Shown here: in pieces, positions 14,191 to 28,045 of the stretch
How positions within the stretch are numbered: the stretch's first letter is position 1
How the letters are laid out: the number at the start of each line of letters is the position of its first letter
Source: Vicugna vicugna
Lineage: Eukaryota
Length of the DNA stretch: 64,000 nt
Assembly: GCA_013265495.1 (NCBI GenBank)
Contig: MU057880.1
Span: forward strand, 1,890,527 to 1,954,526
Direction: 5' to 3'
The notes under the pieces: generated by a model
Told to the model about the DNA's origin: nothing
Seen by the model: only the letters and a program-made list of their open reading frames with translations
The model's database searches: none
Program-made: the position numbers and the translations under genes

Positions 14191-14449
14191 TCTCCCACTC
14201 CCCCCAAAAAATCTGGCAATGGTAGAGCCAATGACCCAAAAGACAATTGAAAAATAAATTAGAGATATTTTCGCTCCCTTTCCTTAAACAGACCATATTC
14301 GCTACTTGCTTCTGTTAGGAAACGCTATTTGGCCCCCTATCTAGTTTGTTCTTCCTTTCTCCTGCCCGCAGAACAGTCGTGAAAGAAGCAATCATGGGCG
14401 TCCTGTCTCGGGATTATTCTCTGACATCTGACGACAGCTGAAAAGCCTT

Positions 14450-14670
14450 GTCCCTTGGCAACGCCCGCCCGGTGCCCCGCCCACCCCCGCCCACTCCCCG
14501 CACCTGCCGCGCCCTCACAGCCCTCCGCGTCTCTGTGCGCGCGCAGCGCTGGCCCACGCCCCCTCCCGCACTCTTCCCCGGGCTCAGCCACGTGCAGAGC
14601 CCTGCTCAGGCGTCCCCCCTCCTGAAAGCCTGCCTTTCCATCCCTTCCCCGGTATTGTCCTAACCACGTG
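14450..14670. promoter_or_regulatory. Short CpG-rich patch with GC boxes, E-boxes and an X-box-like motif (candidate intronic regulatory element)
   Basis: About 19 CpG in ~150 bp. CCCCGCCC twice (14475-14492), TGCGCGCGCA (14536-14545), CACGTG (14589, 14665), GTCCCTTGGCAAC (14450-14462). Function is inferred only. Confidence 0.4.
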
Positions 14671-16381
14671 TGGGAGCTGCCCTATTTTGCAGGCATCACT
14701 CTCTGGTGTATTTGCTCAATGACACATTTCCCTTCTCCACTAGACTGTGGATTATCAAAGGCAGGAGTGATTTTGTAAAAAACCCTTCAGTTCCTGGCCC
14801 TGTAGTGCACGGACAGTACGTGTCTGTGTTGGGATGAACTCCTGTGCAAAGCCATCCCCTCCCCTCGGGGCTGTCCGTACTTTTTTTATGGAGCTTCAAA
14901 GGCCATAGAAAATAGGTCTCCTACGGGCACCTGCGTTTCCAAAGCTGGGCTAAGACTTTGTAAATGTTGTTTAATTTTTGAGTGTACGGTCAAACAGTGA
15001 ATTGGAGCCTATGTGTTTAAACGTACAAGCCTGTGCTGTCTGCAGCGCCCTACAAGGAAGGACCATTGTGATCTCTGAAATTTGGAAGAAGCAGCCGAAA
15101 AGGGTGGAACAATGGAAGGAAATGGTGCGTTGGGAAGGGAGCAAAGAGAGGTCCCCAACGGATGAAATCTGGTGCTGGGTCTTGGTGAAAACGCTCGCTG
15201 AATACCCTGCCGAAGACCTCTCCTCCCCCAAGCCCACCTGCCGTTCTAATGCAGGGCACGTGAGCTTGAATAATGATGCGACTTCCACGAGGAAACAAGT
15301 CATCTCCATGGCTTTCCTCCTCCTCCCAGAGGCAGCAGTGCGGGGCGTGGGGTGCACCACAGTGACTCAAGAGTATTCCAGATGAGCGCGTTCATCCCAC
15401 CGAGGATGAGCACAACGCGCACTCATCAGAGAGCTCACACGGGACCGCATCTGAATGCGAGGAGCCTGCAGCCCCCTGGGGTGGGGTCCGCAGTCAGACC
15501 CCTGACACCAGCAGAAGGGAGGGGTCCCCTCGCCTTCTCAGCAGCCCTGTTACGTGAGGACACACCCACGAGCCCACAATCCTGGGAGAAACCTATACAC
15601 ACTGGATCTCAGTCAAGGTCACCAAGCAAAGAGTCACCCAGTTTTGAGAAAAAATTAACTCTGGATTATTCTTTAACATCCTATGGGATGCTTTCCTAAA
15701 TTTGACATAGAATTAATAGGACCCATTTACACACCCAAAAGTGGGATATGGCATAGCTTCTAATCCTTATCTTGGACCAGTGTCATGGCCAGGCACAAAT
15801 TTGAAGTCAAACATCTATATCTGTTTTTCCCCTACGTGCAGAAAACAGCAATAACAAAACTTCTCCGTGATATACAACATAACCGTGAAAGCCACTGAAA
15901 TAACACTGTCCTGACTGGTTCTTGCACACGGTGCTTTATAACATGCAGATAAGCACAAAGACCACTGCACAGCTGAAAGTGTTCTGCAGCTTTTGCTCTT
16001 AATTTTCATAAATCTGTTTCATAAAGCATGTGAACGGGATATCATCCCCCTCACACCTTCATGCACTCTTCGTATCTCTGCTCTCCATCAGGTGACCAAC
16101 AGAAGGGAAAAAAATCCTTCCTTTGCATGGAATAAATGTACACATGTATGTGCATACACAATAAAATACACTGAGTAAACAAGTGAAGACCTCAACGTAT
16201 CCAAACCCACAGAGAACAGATGAGTCTGGGTAACGCTTAATGTCAGAGCAGTGCACACGACATTTAGCAAAGACTTTTTGTTTGATTGCATAAATCATTA
16301 TATTTATGTTTTTAATTACCAAAACAAATTGAGATTTTTTTTAACCTTCTTCCTAAGGTGTCCCAGAGAACAGGCTACTCA

Positions 16382-16942
<561 letters not shown>

Positions 16943-17599
16943 CTACACATTGTGGTTGGACAAATTTCAAAGAACACATGAGATAAAGAGCCTGTAGTAA
17001 ATGTTTTATGTATTTTATCAGCCAATATTCTTCACCACCATTTAGCATCATCTTGATGTCATAGTGGGTCCTTAATCAATGACTGTTTATTGGTCATGCT
17101 TACATAAAAGTTCTCTGTATTACTGGGAAGTCTTTCAAGGATAAGGACTAGGTTTTATTTATTCTATCTACAAGAAGCACCAAACCATCTATCTCCTCAC
17201 CCACCTAAACATTCACTGTTTTCACATTTAGAATTCTGTTATTCAGAGCTAAGCCAAAATATGTGCTAGTATTGCATTTTCCTTCTTAAATAATATTTCA
17301 TTCTAATATTAATGATCTCTTCATTTTTTTCACTACCAGAACTTTCTTTATACCTATCCTTATTTTTCCTAGTTGCTCCATGAAAATCTGTCATGTGTAT
17401 GAGTAAAACATTTTTTTAAATAAAATATTTAAGCATATTACATAATCTATGTTTTTCCTGCATCCTGGAGCCTTCCTCCTTGAAGCTGTGATTTGACTGG
17501 GTCCTCTTTGCATCTGCTCTGTGACTGTTCCCCTAAAACACCCCTTCCCCACTTTTCTGAGTGGCTACCCTATTTCCTTGATCACTTTCCTCTCCTGTT

Positions 17600-18480
17600 T
17601 TACTCCTTGCTCCTGCTAGAGTCCTCAGTGATTTCCTCAGACATATGGAGGTATACTCATTTTTTGAGACACTGAATGTCTGTAAATACCTTTATTTTGC
17701 TCTGACAGTTGATTAGTATTTTGGCTGGGTATAAAATTTTAAGTTGAAGCCATCAATCTAAAGACATTGTTCCACTAAGTTTTATCATTTATTTTGAAAA
17801 ATACAATATCCTTATTTTGAATTATTTTTTGTATGTGACATACTTCATACTCCTTCTCACTTCCCACCTGTCAGAAAAGTTTAAGATCCTTATTAACTCT
17901 GAAATTCCATGATATTTTCTTTAAATATGAAAAGATTCTTTTTTCTTTCATTATTGTGTATACTTAATATGCAGATCTGCATCATTCAGGATGGGAAAAT
18001 TTTCTGAATGTTTCTTTGATAATTTCCTTCCCCAGTTCTCACCATCTGTCTTTCTAGAATGCTTATTATTAAGACATTGTGACGCTCAGATTAAATATCT
18101 GAGTCCCTCACAATTTCTGCCAACACATCATTTTATATTGCATTGTCATTTTGTTACATAATCTGGAAGATTTTCTCAACCTTTCCTTCAAAGTCATGTA
18201 ATTTTACTTGTTATTTTAGAAAAAAAAACAAGTTAACTTCCCAGAGTTCTTTCTTATTCCTTGATGTTTTTCTTTTTCACAGCATCCTTTTTTTCTTTCT
18301 TATGGATAATGTATTTTCTCTTATTTCTCTGCCAATATTTATTACAATTTGAAACATTTTCCTCCTGTTCCTGCCTGCCCTGTTTCTGTGTACTTATTTT
18401 ATTAGTATCACATCCTCCATGGCAAAGACTGTCCTCAAGTGCCTGGTTGTGCTTGGCTGTCTAAGAGGAAGACACTGAAA
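17600..18480 (-). mobile_element. Ancient L1M/HAL1-like relic
   Basis: tttggctgggtataaaattttaagttga, aagacattgttccact, tctgaaattccatgat are typical of old L1M ORF1-region antisense sequence; boundaries approximate. Confidence 0.55.
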
Positions 18481-18750
18481 CGTTTCTGGGAATTTCTGTG
18501 TGCCCAGGCAGGCGGGGCAATGAGTGGGTGTCACTGTCCGGCAGCCAGGTGAGGTGGATGGTAGGGCTTTGGTGCATATGGGAAGGACCACTTCTTCATC
18601 ACTTTATCCCCTCTGATGCTGTGTTGGGAACTCAACTGCAGCCTGTGTTGGGGTGCTTAGTCAAGCATCCACCAATTCCTGAGGAAATGAATCCACAAGA
18701 ATACCTGAGGATTCTTCTATTTTTTACAACCACTTCCTTTATCACTCACT

Positions 18751-18797
18751 GGACCCTGGACAGGGAGAAAGGACCCTGGACAGGGAGAAAGGACCCT
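18751..18797. repeat. Perfect 20-bp tandem duplication (GGACCCTGGACAGGGAGAAA x2.3)
   Basis: Directly visible. Confidence 0.9.
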
Positions 18798-20466
18798 CTC
18801 AATTGCCAGTTTGGATGATGAAAGCCCTTCAACCTGGGGTGGCTTTTCCTCAATTTTAAATGTCAGTGAAATTTTCAAATGCCCTCCAAGCTCTTAGAAA
18901 CTGCAGCCCTCTGCAGACTCTTTGAACTTACTAATTCACTACAAATTCCATATGGTGAGGGTAATATTCAGAAGAGGATAAAACACAGCTTAAAATTCAG
19001 GTGAAATATTAGGCAAATTTCTCCCTAGAATCATGGCAGCAGCTAGAACTTGCTTTGATTTTTAAATCTTTTTACTGTGGTCATTCACCCACATACTTCC
19101 TTTTTCACCGCCTCGGATGGCAACTCAAATTGATGAACCTCCTTCTGTCATTATTTCTCAATGTTCCAATACAATCTTCTCCATCTGGACATTTTTAAAG
19201 ATCACAGCTTTCAATGTTGTTCATTGAATGGCACAATTCACTCAGGGACTGACTGTCCAGGCTGTGCCCTGCACAGAATGTGGTTCTGGAGAGGCTGCAT
19301 GTAGAGCTTCCTTTCTTTTAGCTCTTGTTTCTCTGGTAGGGAGTCATTTCAGATCTCCAAGCCATACTAGAAGGTAAGGGCTAACGAATTTTTATAGTAG
19401 TCGGCCATTTCATTGCCAAACAGATGTTTTAATTTGTACATGAACAACTAACTTCTCCCAACATCGTGTTGGTCTGAGACTTAATATTCTTAATCACACC
19501 GGTGCCACTCTCTAGTGAAAACAGTATTTATCCATTGTAAGGCTGTGGGTTGTTTTAAATCACTTCATCACTACTATAAATAATGTCTTGTGATGTTCTA
19601 GAAACCACAACATAAATCTTCATTTGTATAAATAGGAAATTTCTCCATTAAGAATACACTCTCCTCCTCTCCTTCTGTCTTTCTTTAAACACCTTTTTTC
19701 TGAGATTCAGGGGGGTGTCCTCAATTACAAAGGGTCATATTTATTTAAACAACATAAACCTTTGCAACAGTAAAGACTCAAGCTCATTTTACAGCTGATC
19801 TAAAAATCATTTTGAAAATGAAAATGTCCAGTGATAATCTAAATTGACTTTGATTTTTATCTAAGAAAGGGAGATACAGTTTGCCACTTGGATGTTCAGT
19901 AATCTGAAGTTGACAACCTTCTCAATGAAAAAGTGACCAGCTGTAGTAGTTTGATTATCCATTTGTTGCTTATATCGGAGGTAGGAAATAAGAAATAAAT
20001 ACTATATAATATATCAATATTCTGGATATTTACAGGTTTTATTTTGCTCATGTTCTCACAAATGCGCATTTCCAGTGCTACACTAAGAACGCTAAAGCAA
20101 TGGGCAAAGGGTAAAATTTATAAATTAAAGGGACAGTGAGAAATAAGGAAAAGTTTGGACAATTAAATTTTATATAGTTTTGAAAATTTTCCCTTCATTA
20201 AAATACGCCTTCCACCACAATGTAAAATCTTGTCAAACACTGTTCTTTCATTTCTCACATCATTTATAATAATAGAAAACTGATTAGAAAATATGAAGTG
20301 GGAAGGAAATCTAAAACATAACAAATTCAGAAAAATACTGTCACTTCAAATTGATCAATAAAGTCAAGATATGTTTTTTAAAATACCCCTGGTAAATGCT
20401 GGCCATTAATTTTTTTTAATAAGTAGGCATTTCCATTGAAACAATAAATATCGTTAATTCACCTAC

Positions 20467-20520
20467 CAGGTTCGCGATGATGTAATGGTACCCTTTAACA
20501 TGTTTTCCAATGGTAATAAC
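20467..20520 (-). CDS. GRIA2: GluA2 coding exon 5 (54-nt small exon, absent from ORF track), residues ~223-240
   Basis: Manual translation gives VITIGKHVKGYHYIIANL, which fills the gap between exons 4 and 6. Acceptor ctttgttag, donor CTG|gtaggt. Confidence 0.97.
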
Positions 20521-21399
20521 CTAACAAAGATAAAGAAACAAATGTAAATAAGGTAAAAGCAAAATTACTGATGTTATGACCTGATTCAGAAAAAAAATGG
20601 GATTTTATCTGCTGTGTTTCTGGATGGTCCACAATGAGTCATATTTGATAAAATATAGTTATCGAATTCAGAGAACATTTCCTTCAGAAAAAAGTTACCA
20701 CACATTTTAGTGCTTTATAAATGTTACCTTTCAAAAAGCCAATAACTAAACAAAAATAAGTACCTTGGTTTTGATAATAGTGAAAATAAGGCCACAAGAT
20801 TTAAAAAAATGTAAAACCAAAAACTTGGTGAATCCCTAAGTCATAATTATATTCTTACTAAAGCTACTTTTTTCTTTTCAGTGAAACGTAGCTGAAACTA
20901 GTTTTATATTCACAATCTGCCTTCCAAGACAAACACACATAGAGTTTATAGTAGTACATAAATCTTAAAAGACTATTAATAATCCTATAACAGAATTCTT
21001 ACATAGATCTAGAGAGTAATATTCCAGTCTGAAGAATCTTGAAATACTTATAGACTATTTCAAATGAAACATCGTTATTTCCAGTTTGAGGAAGCAAAAT
21101 ATCAGAGAAGCTAGTTTTTCTCCACAAATCGGGGTCAAAAATCCATGGCGAGATAAACACATCACAGAACAAGCTGTCCTGCGGGAACGCCCACCACGGT
21201 TCTGGATGTTATGGAATCACCTGGACTCTTGACTGAGCTCTCTCACTTACATAGGGAACGAAGGAAGTGACACGGCCATGCAGTGGTCCTGGTACTTAGA
21301 CACTCAAGTGTAATTTCTATTTTTAAGAGAACAGTCACGCCAAGGCAGAGCATTCAATGCCATTGAAAATTCAAAAACCTCAGCTCACTTTCCTTATTT

Positions 21400-21720
21400 A
21401 ACTGTTTTGGTGGCTTCCCATTTATATTTTCTAGCATAAGAAACAAAATTCTTCAAATGGTGCAAAGTCCAATGACCTCACAGACCTCTCCAGGCTCACC
21501 TTTTCACACTCTACCCTAGAGACACACAGCCCTCTTCCAGTTTCTTTGTGCACACAAAAAAATCTACATTCAATCCCCTCGGGGCTTTTGTACATCCTGT
21601 TTCCTCTGCTTGGGAAGTTCTCTTCACCACCAGATGCTTTCTCTCTTAAGGCACAATGACTCCCAGCCCAATGTCACCTCCGAGAAGAAGACGTCCCTGA
21701 CTGGCCTCATCCCAGACAAA
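21400..21720 (+). mobile_element. L2 fragment
   Basis: tggcttcccatt...ggggcttttgtacatcctgtttcctctgcttggg...aatgtcacctccgagaagaagacgtccctgac. Confidence 0.6.
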
Positions 21721-24316
21721 AGCCACACTCAGTTAAAGAACAAGGACAAAATCCCAGGACAGATTCCACCCCATGTCGCTTTCATAGCAAGCAGTAGCTA
21801 CCTGGAGGGGAGTCAGGCTCCTATTATTTTTAAACATAATTTTATGTAACACAACTAAATTTTCCAAGAAAGTGAACACTCTGTGTGGAAGGGAGAATTC
21901 TGGAGAAAAGATGTCCTTCTGAATGAAAAATATATTAATGAGCATCAGCTGAACGGAGACAGTTAAGTCCTTCCTAGTTCCCACTGACATCTGTCCGGTG
22001 GGCTTACTCTTCATTCTACTTTCTGAACCATGTACGTCTTCCTTCTGGGAATCAAGAAGAAAACATAGTCTAAACGGTGCTACCAGAAGTCCCTACTTGA
22101 GTTTAGTGTTCATTGAGAGAAAGGAGAAATAAGAAAACTGACCGGTCCACCTCTCAGGAAGGATTAGCATCAGCCGTCTTACTGCAGCTTTGCTTTATAC
22201 ACACATTAGTATGTCAATAACAATAGTAAACTGATGTTAATTTCTAAATGTTTTTGGTGTCTGAGTCCTTTTCCCCACTAATCACAGCTAGAAGTGCGTG
22301 CCTCCAAGGTTCTATCGAATTGTAAAATACTCACAGACCGACAAAGTTTACTTCTATTTCTAACTTTAAGCTATGATGGAAATAAAGTTTCATCTCATCT
22401 CTGTTCTCCTGCAAGTGTTGACAGATTGAATAAGTAAACAGTGCTTCCTTTTCTGGAAATGTACCTCAAACCCACTTTTTTCCCTGGTAAACTTTATTCC
22501 TTGAAGGCCTTGCATGACCTCCCAATCTAATTTTTTTTCTAGTTTTTTTCTTATAACGTTCTGTTCTGTTCATGCAGAGGCTATACTGTTATTATTGCAT
22601 ATTAACGTAACTGTAACACATCATGAATATTTACCTTGATGGGGAATGCCTGTTCTGTTCAATGTCTGGCAAACATTAGACACTCAGGGAAACTGACTGA
22701 ACAAACAAATGAATGAACCCAAGCCAACTAGCCGAATGGTACCCATGTGTGAACCTCTCATAAATCTTCCCACCCTGTTAAGCAGGTACTTCCTCCTCGG
22801 TGCTCTTAGACCACACTGCATTGTGACCTGTAACACTGCAGAATTTATTATGTATGTATGTTTTCCTTCCCCTAAATCATGAGTTCATGGGGTGCAAACA
22901 CCCACACACACTCATTTAACACGTTCGAGATTGTCTTTTGAAAATACAAATAACACACATGGGCAAAACCCTGTGTACATTTTGAATGGCTGTCCACATG
23001 GACATGTATTTAATCATCATCACATGTGTGTTTCAAAACACATCATTCCGTATATTCCCAGTTTCTCCTATTGTATCTTCCAGTTTGGGAAAGAATTATT
23101 TTCATGGACCGTCACCATGTATTATGATGAGTCATGAATACCTAAATGTTTAAAACCAGAGACTAACGACTATTATTCAAAACCTGTTTTAATGAGACTC
23201 TCCTCTGACATTCAAACGCATTGTTGAGGGTCATATCTGAACAAGAGGCCTTCAGGTTAAAAATAATCCCAACTTCATCTCCGGAGACAAGAATCAAGAT
23301 GTTTCTACTGAAGTGTTCACCTCTCTGACACACATTTACTTCTTTCTCTTAACAAGCTAGTCTCATACCGTTATTCAATATTTCATGAAGGATCCATTTG
23401 GTGTGTCTGAGGCTCCGTATTATATCATACTATTATATTAATTAAGGGGTCATCCACATTTATGTTTGCAAAATGCTTTGTGTCTCACTGATTAATGAAT
23501 CTAAGTTTTTCCTCAAAGCCTAGAAAGGCCAAGAAATGCACACTTAACTGCGTATTTTTTCTTCCAATCCTATATTATTCCAAGGAATAATTTTATATAC
23601 ATACATTTATAGATGTAAATAACATCGATAAATATATAACATATCTATATATAATTATTCCAAGGAAAATACTACATTTTCAGCTGGGAAAAGAAGTAGA
23701 CATCCAGCGAAGGAGACTTTGGTCAGTAAATCACGACCCTGGTCCCCCACTATCCCTGGTCCCTCACGCCATCTATGTAACATTCTGGATTTTATTTCTA
23801 TTACTCAGATGTTACTGCATGACTCTCCCATCCTGAAAGACCTTAGACAGAAATGAGGCGAGATGCCGAGCCCAGATGAAGCACCTTCATGTCCGGTGTC
23901 ATGTTACTCTGGAAAACATTGCAAATTAATGCATCCAATTTACTTCTCAAGTAGAAAAGACCACCTCTCCTATTTATTTTATTTTCCGAGATTAATGGTT
24001 TTATAATGATACAAAACCCACTAGTAGGAGGAAACAATTACTTCTTGGAAAAATAAATACATGCTTTTTCAGAAGCCATAAAGCCATTCAGACAACAATA
24101 CAGATTTAGCACACCAAACCTTACTCTAACGCTGGAAGCACTCCCTACATTGCCAAAGAATTCATGAAATACTCAATTTTCTCTTAGGACCCAGACTTAT
24201 TTTCACTTAACAACGTGTCTATTTCTTTATTTCTAAAAAGTTCAAAGGGATTACAATTTAAATTTCCAATTTAAAGTCGCAAAGTCTAGGACATTTGTCA
24301 CACAAAACAGGAGTCA

Positions 24317-25170
<854 letters not shown>

Positions 25171-25845
25171 TAAATATGTTTTTAAGGCTGGTATTTTTGT
25201 GTAACTAAGGGGATGCTGACTCCTCTAAAAAGCTACAGCCACGCACTTGATCATCTATTTATTCCCACTTCACATCAGGAACTCTTTCATGTAACCACTG
25301 CTGTTTTGACCAAAAGAGTCACAGTTTAGGGGGAAACCGCAGCCCCTCCTCTCGGCCATCTCAGCTGTCCTCTTGAATATTACTAAAGCATGACGTCCCT
25401 GATACCTCTGGTGGTAATGAACACAAAAGACATTACGAAAATGTCTTTCTCATATAGAATGGAAAAGATGGCTTCTTTATGTATGACAGTGTGTCATTTC
25501 ATGTCATGACCCTGAGGAGGCTGAGTACATGCTCTGTGAGCTGAAACGTCACAGGTTGATGTGAGCATAAAAGCCGATAATCCCCAAAGCTGCCTGATTT
25601 CCTCTGACTGTTTGCTAGTCAGCAGTTGTCATTTTTCTTTCCTCAGCCTTCTGCTATATCATTTTTTGTTATTGGGACTAATCCTGTAGGAATCCTGTAG
25701 AGACATTCACTTGTTAACCAGATAGTAGGGGTTCATTTTCCAGCACAGACTGGAATCTTCCAAACGTGAGACCGTTTTACTATTCCTTAGTAACTTTGCT
25801 GACAGCATCATATGACTTAGAAAATTGTACTTTTATTTTTAATTG

Positions 25846-26314
25846 TGTAACCGAGCAGGACCCTGGGGGAGACTTCCAGGGACAGACCCCTACCCCATGT
25901 CCTCTGCTGTAGCTCCTCTCTGAAGGACCCACATAGTGGTATCTTCTGTATATTTCCTGAGTGTTTCAGATGCTACAACCACCACCAAAGGGAAGAAATT
26001 AACTGCTTGATGATGGAGGGCATGTGGCCCCCAGACCTTCTGGCGGCTGGGGGTTGATGGTGTTGACCGCCCTGTTCCCTTGATATCAACCAATCATAGG
26101 GTTGTGCACAAGCTGATCACGCATCCTGTGACCCCCTCCCTTACTTGTCTTTAAATAGGCTTTGTTGAAACCCTTCGAGGAGTTTGCGGTTTTCTTGAGG
26201 ACGAGACCCCCATCCTTGCTTGGTCCTGCAGTAAACCTTTATCTGCTCCATACTGATGTGTCTGTTTATTTGGTCTCATGGTGCAGTGGGCACATCAGCT
26301 TACTTTCGATAACA
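25846..26314 (+). mobile_element. Solo LTR, ERV1-like (469 bp)
   Basis: TGTAACCGA...TCGATAACA termini, 4-bp TSD attg/actg (1 mismatch), CCAAT 26090, TTTAAATA 26150, AGTAAA 26230 in U3-R-U5 order. Confidence 0.8.
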
Positions 26315-26511
26315 ACTGCTCATACATTACCTCATAGGTAGGACTGAGAGGGAAAACCACTTGGGAACGTATTTCCTAAAGTGAATTCTGCAGCTTAACA
26401 CTTGGAATACTGGTGGATAAACTTGTCACCCACATCGCTTTTGCTGTTCACAGCTAACCCAAATTCATCGTTTCCAACAGTAGCTTAATGAACAACAAAA
26501 ATCAAGGCTCC

Positions 26512-26565
26512 ACATTGTAAATCAACTATACTTCAATTTAAAAAAATAAAAGAAACTAAATTTAA
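26512..26565 (+). mobile_element. Extremely 5'-truncated L1 (~25 bp plus A-rich tail)
   Basis: acattgtaaatcaactatacttcaat plus A-rich tail, flanked by aaaaatcaaggctcc / aaaaatgaagactcc (13/15). Confidence 0.8.
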
Positions 26566-26819
26566 AAAAATGAAGACTCCAAAAAGAATTCAGGACCCAT
26601 CACATTCCTTCCTTATTCCAGAAAGACCTGCATCTCTTCCAAAGGAATATTGACCGATCCCTTTTCACCTGTAACAATGTGGGACTTACCTAATGTAATC
26701 ACTATAAGCTTTATTCAGGTATGAAACTTTATTTAAATCTATTTACCATAGCAAAAAAGTCTGTGCATAAGTTATTGTTGAAATATTGTTGAAAATTTTC
26801 TGAACCTGGAAAACATCAT

Positions 26820-27810
26820 TAAAATTCTGATTGATCGATATTGGCCGAAAGTTTGTAAGATGAGCCTAGAACATTCTGTGATACCACAAAACAGGGAAAC
26901 TCTCCCAAAGCATCATGTGGTGTCCAGACTCAGGACCCAATTTGACGAGACTCATCTTAAATAAAGATGAGGCCATCTGAATACCAATAAGAAAAATAAC
27001 TGCAAAAGGCTGAAATACATACCATTTTTTTAAATCCATAAGTTGATAATGACATTTTAAAAAATATTTGACTGCCTTTGAAGGACACTAAGGAGGCAAG
27101 TTATTATTCTGAAAACTGCTCAATAAAGGAAAAGAAATAAGCATTTCCCTGCCCTTCCTGTATGAACAGTATTCAGGATACTAGTTAATTAAGGGAGGTT
27201 TTTCTTTTTGAAAAGACTCCAGCTAATAAACGATGAACGGATAGAGACGTAGAATTACGACGTCTTGTAACACCTGGCGAATGAATGAATCGAGGCAACA
27301 GCCTTTCACTGCTGCCGACAACGCAGAGAGAGGCCAGAAGTCCTGTGTCTTCGAGTGGGATCTCCACCACCACCGATGCCGTATTCACGCCAAAAAGTGA
27401 AGATGACTCTCTTAAGTGTCTGGCTCTAATTACCCTTTCACAAGGAATGTACAGCACTGAGTAATATGCCATAGTGTTGCAATCATCAAAATCCAGACTG
27501 TGGGATACTCTACCTTATAAAAGGCATAAGGGATATATTAACCAATTGCAATATATGGAGCTCATTTTTATCCTCAAACTGTGTAAAAAAAAATAGGTGA
27601 TGCTAGTAACGAATTCCTGTTACTTTGTTTGCATATGATAATGATATTGTGGTTATATTTAAATTGAGAGAACTGTTCTTTCAAAACACAAACTGAAATA
27701 TTCACAGATGAAATAACATGACGTCAGGTATTCACTTTGAACCAATTGTGAACACAGAAGGACAGAGACAAAATAAGAGTCCTCTGATCCATCATTAATA
27801 AAGCTGGCGT
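26820..27810 (+). mobile_element. Old L1MC-type 3' region relic
   Basis: gtaagatgagcctagaacattctgtg, aaaatccagactgtgggatactcta, aaactgaaatattcacagatgaaataacatga resemble L1MC3/4 3' regions. Confidence 0.55.
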
Positions 27811-27816
27811 AAGAGT

Positions 27817-28045
27817 ATGGTTACCCGGGGTAACAGGGGTGGGAAGGGATAAATTGGGAATTTCAGATTTGCACCTCTTGGGGAGTGATGGAAATGCTAG
27901 CTATCTTGATTGTGGTGGTGGTTTCATGGGTGTCTACATCTATCAAAACTCATCAAATTGTTCATCTCAAATATGTGTAATTTACTGTATAGGAATTATA
28001 CCATAATAAAAGTGTTACATTTTTTTTTAAAAAATCTTTTAAGAA
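27817..28045 (+). mobile_element. L1-derived 3' fragment, apparently composite
   Basis: atggttaccc...gggaagggataaattggga joined to gtgatggaaatg...tatcttgattgtggtggtggtttcatgggtgt...aataaaagtg; flanked by aagagt / aagagt. Confidence 0.7.

Noticed and set aside
14971..15699. Overlapping 106-135 aa ORFs on both strands in intron 6
   Set aside because: No recognisable homology, mostly non-ATG starts, and explained by moderately GC-rich sequence with few stops.
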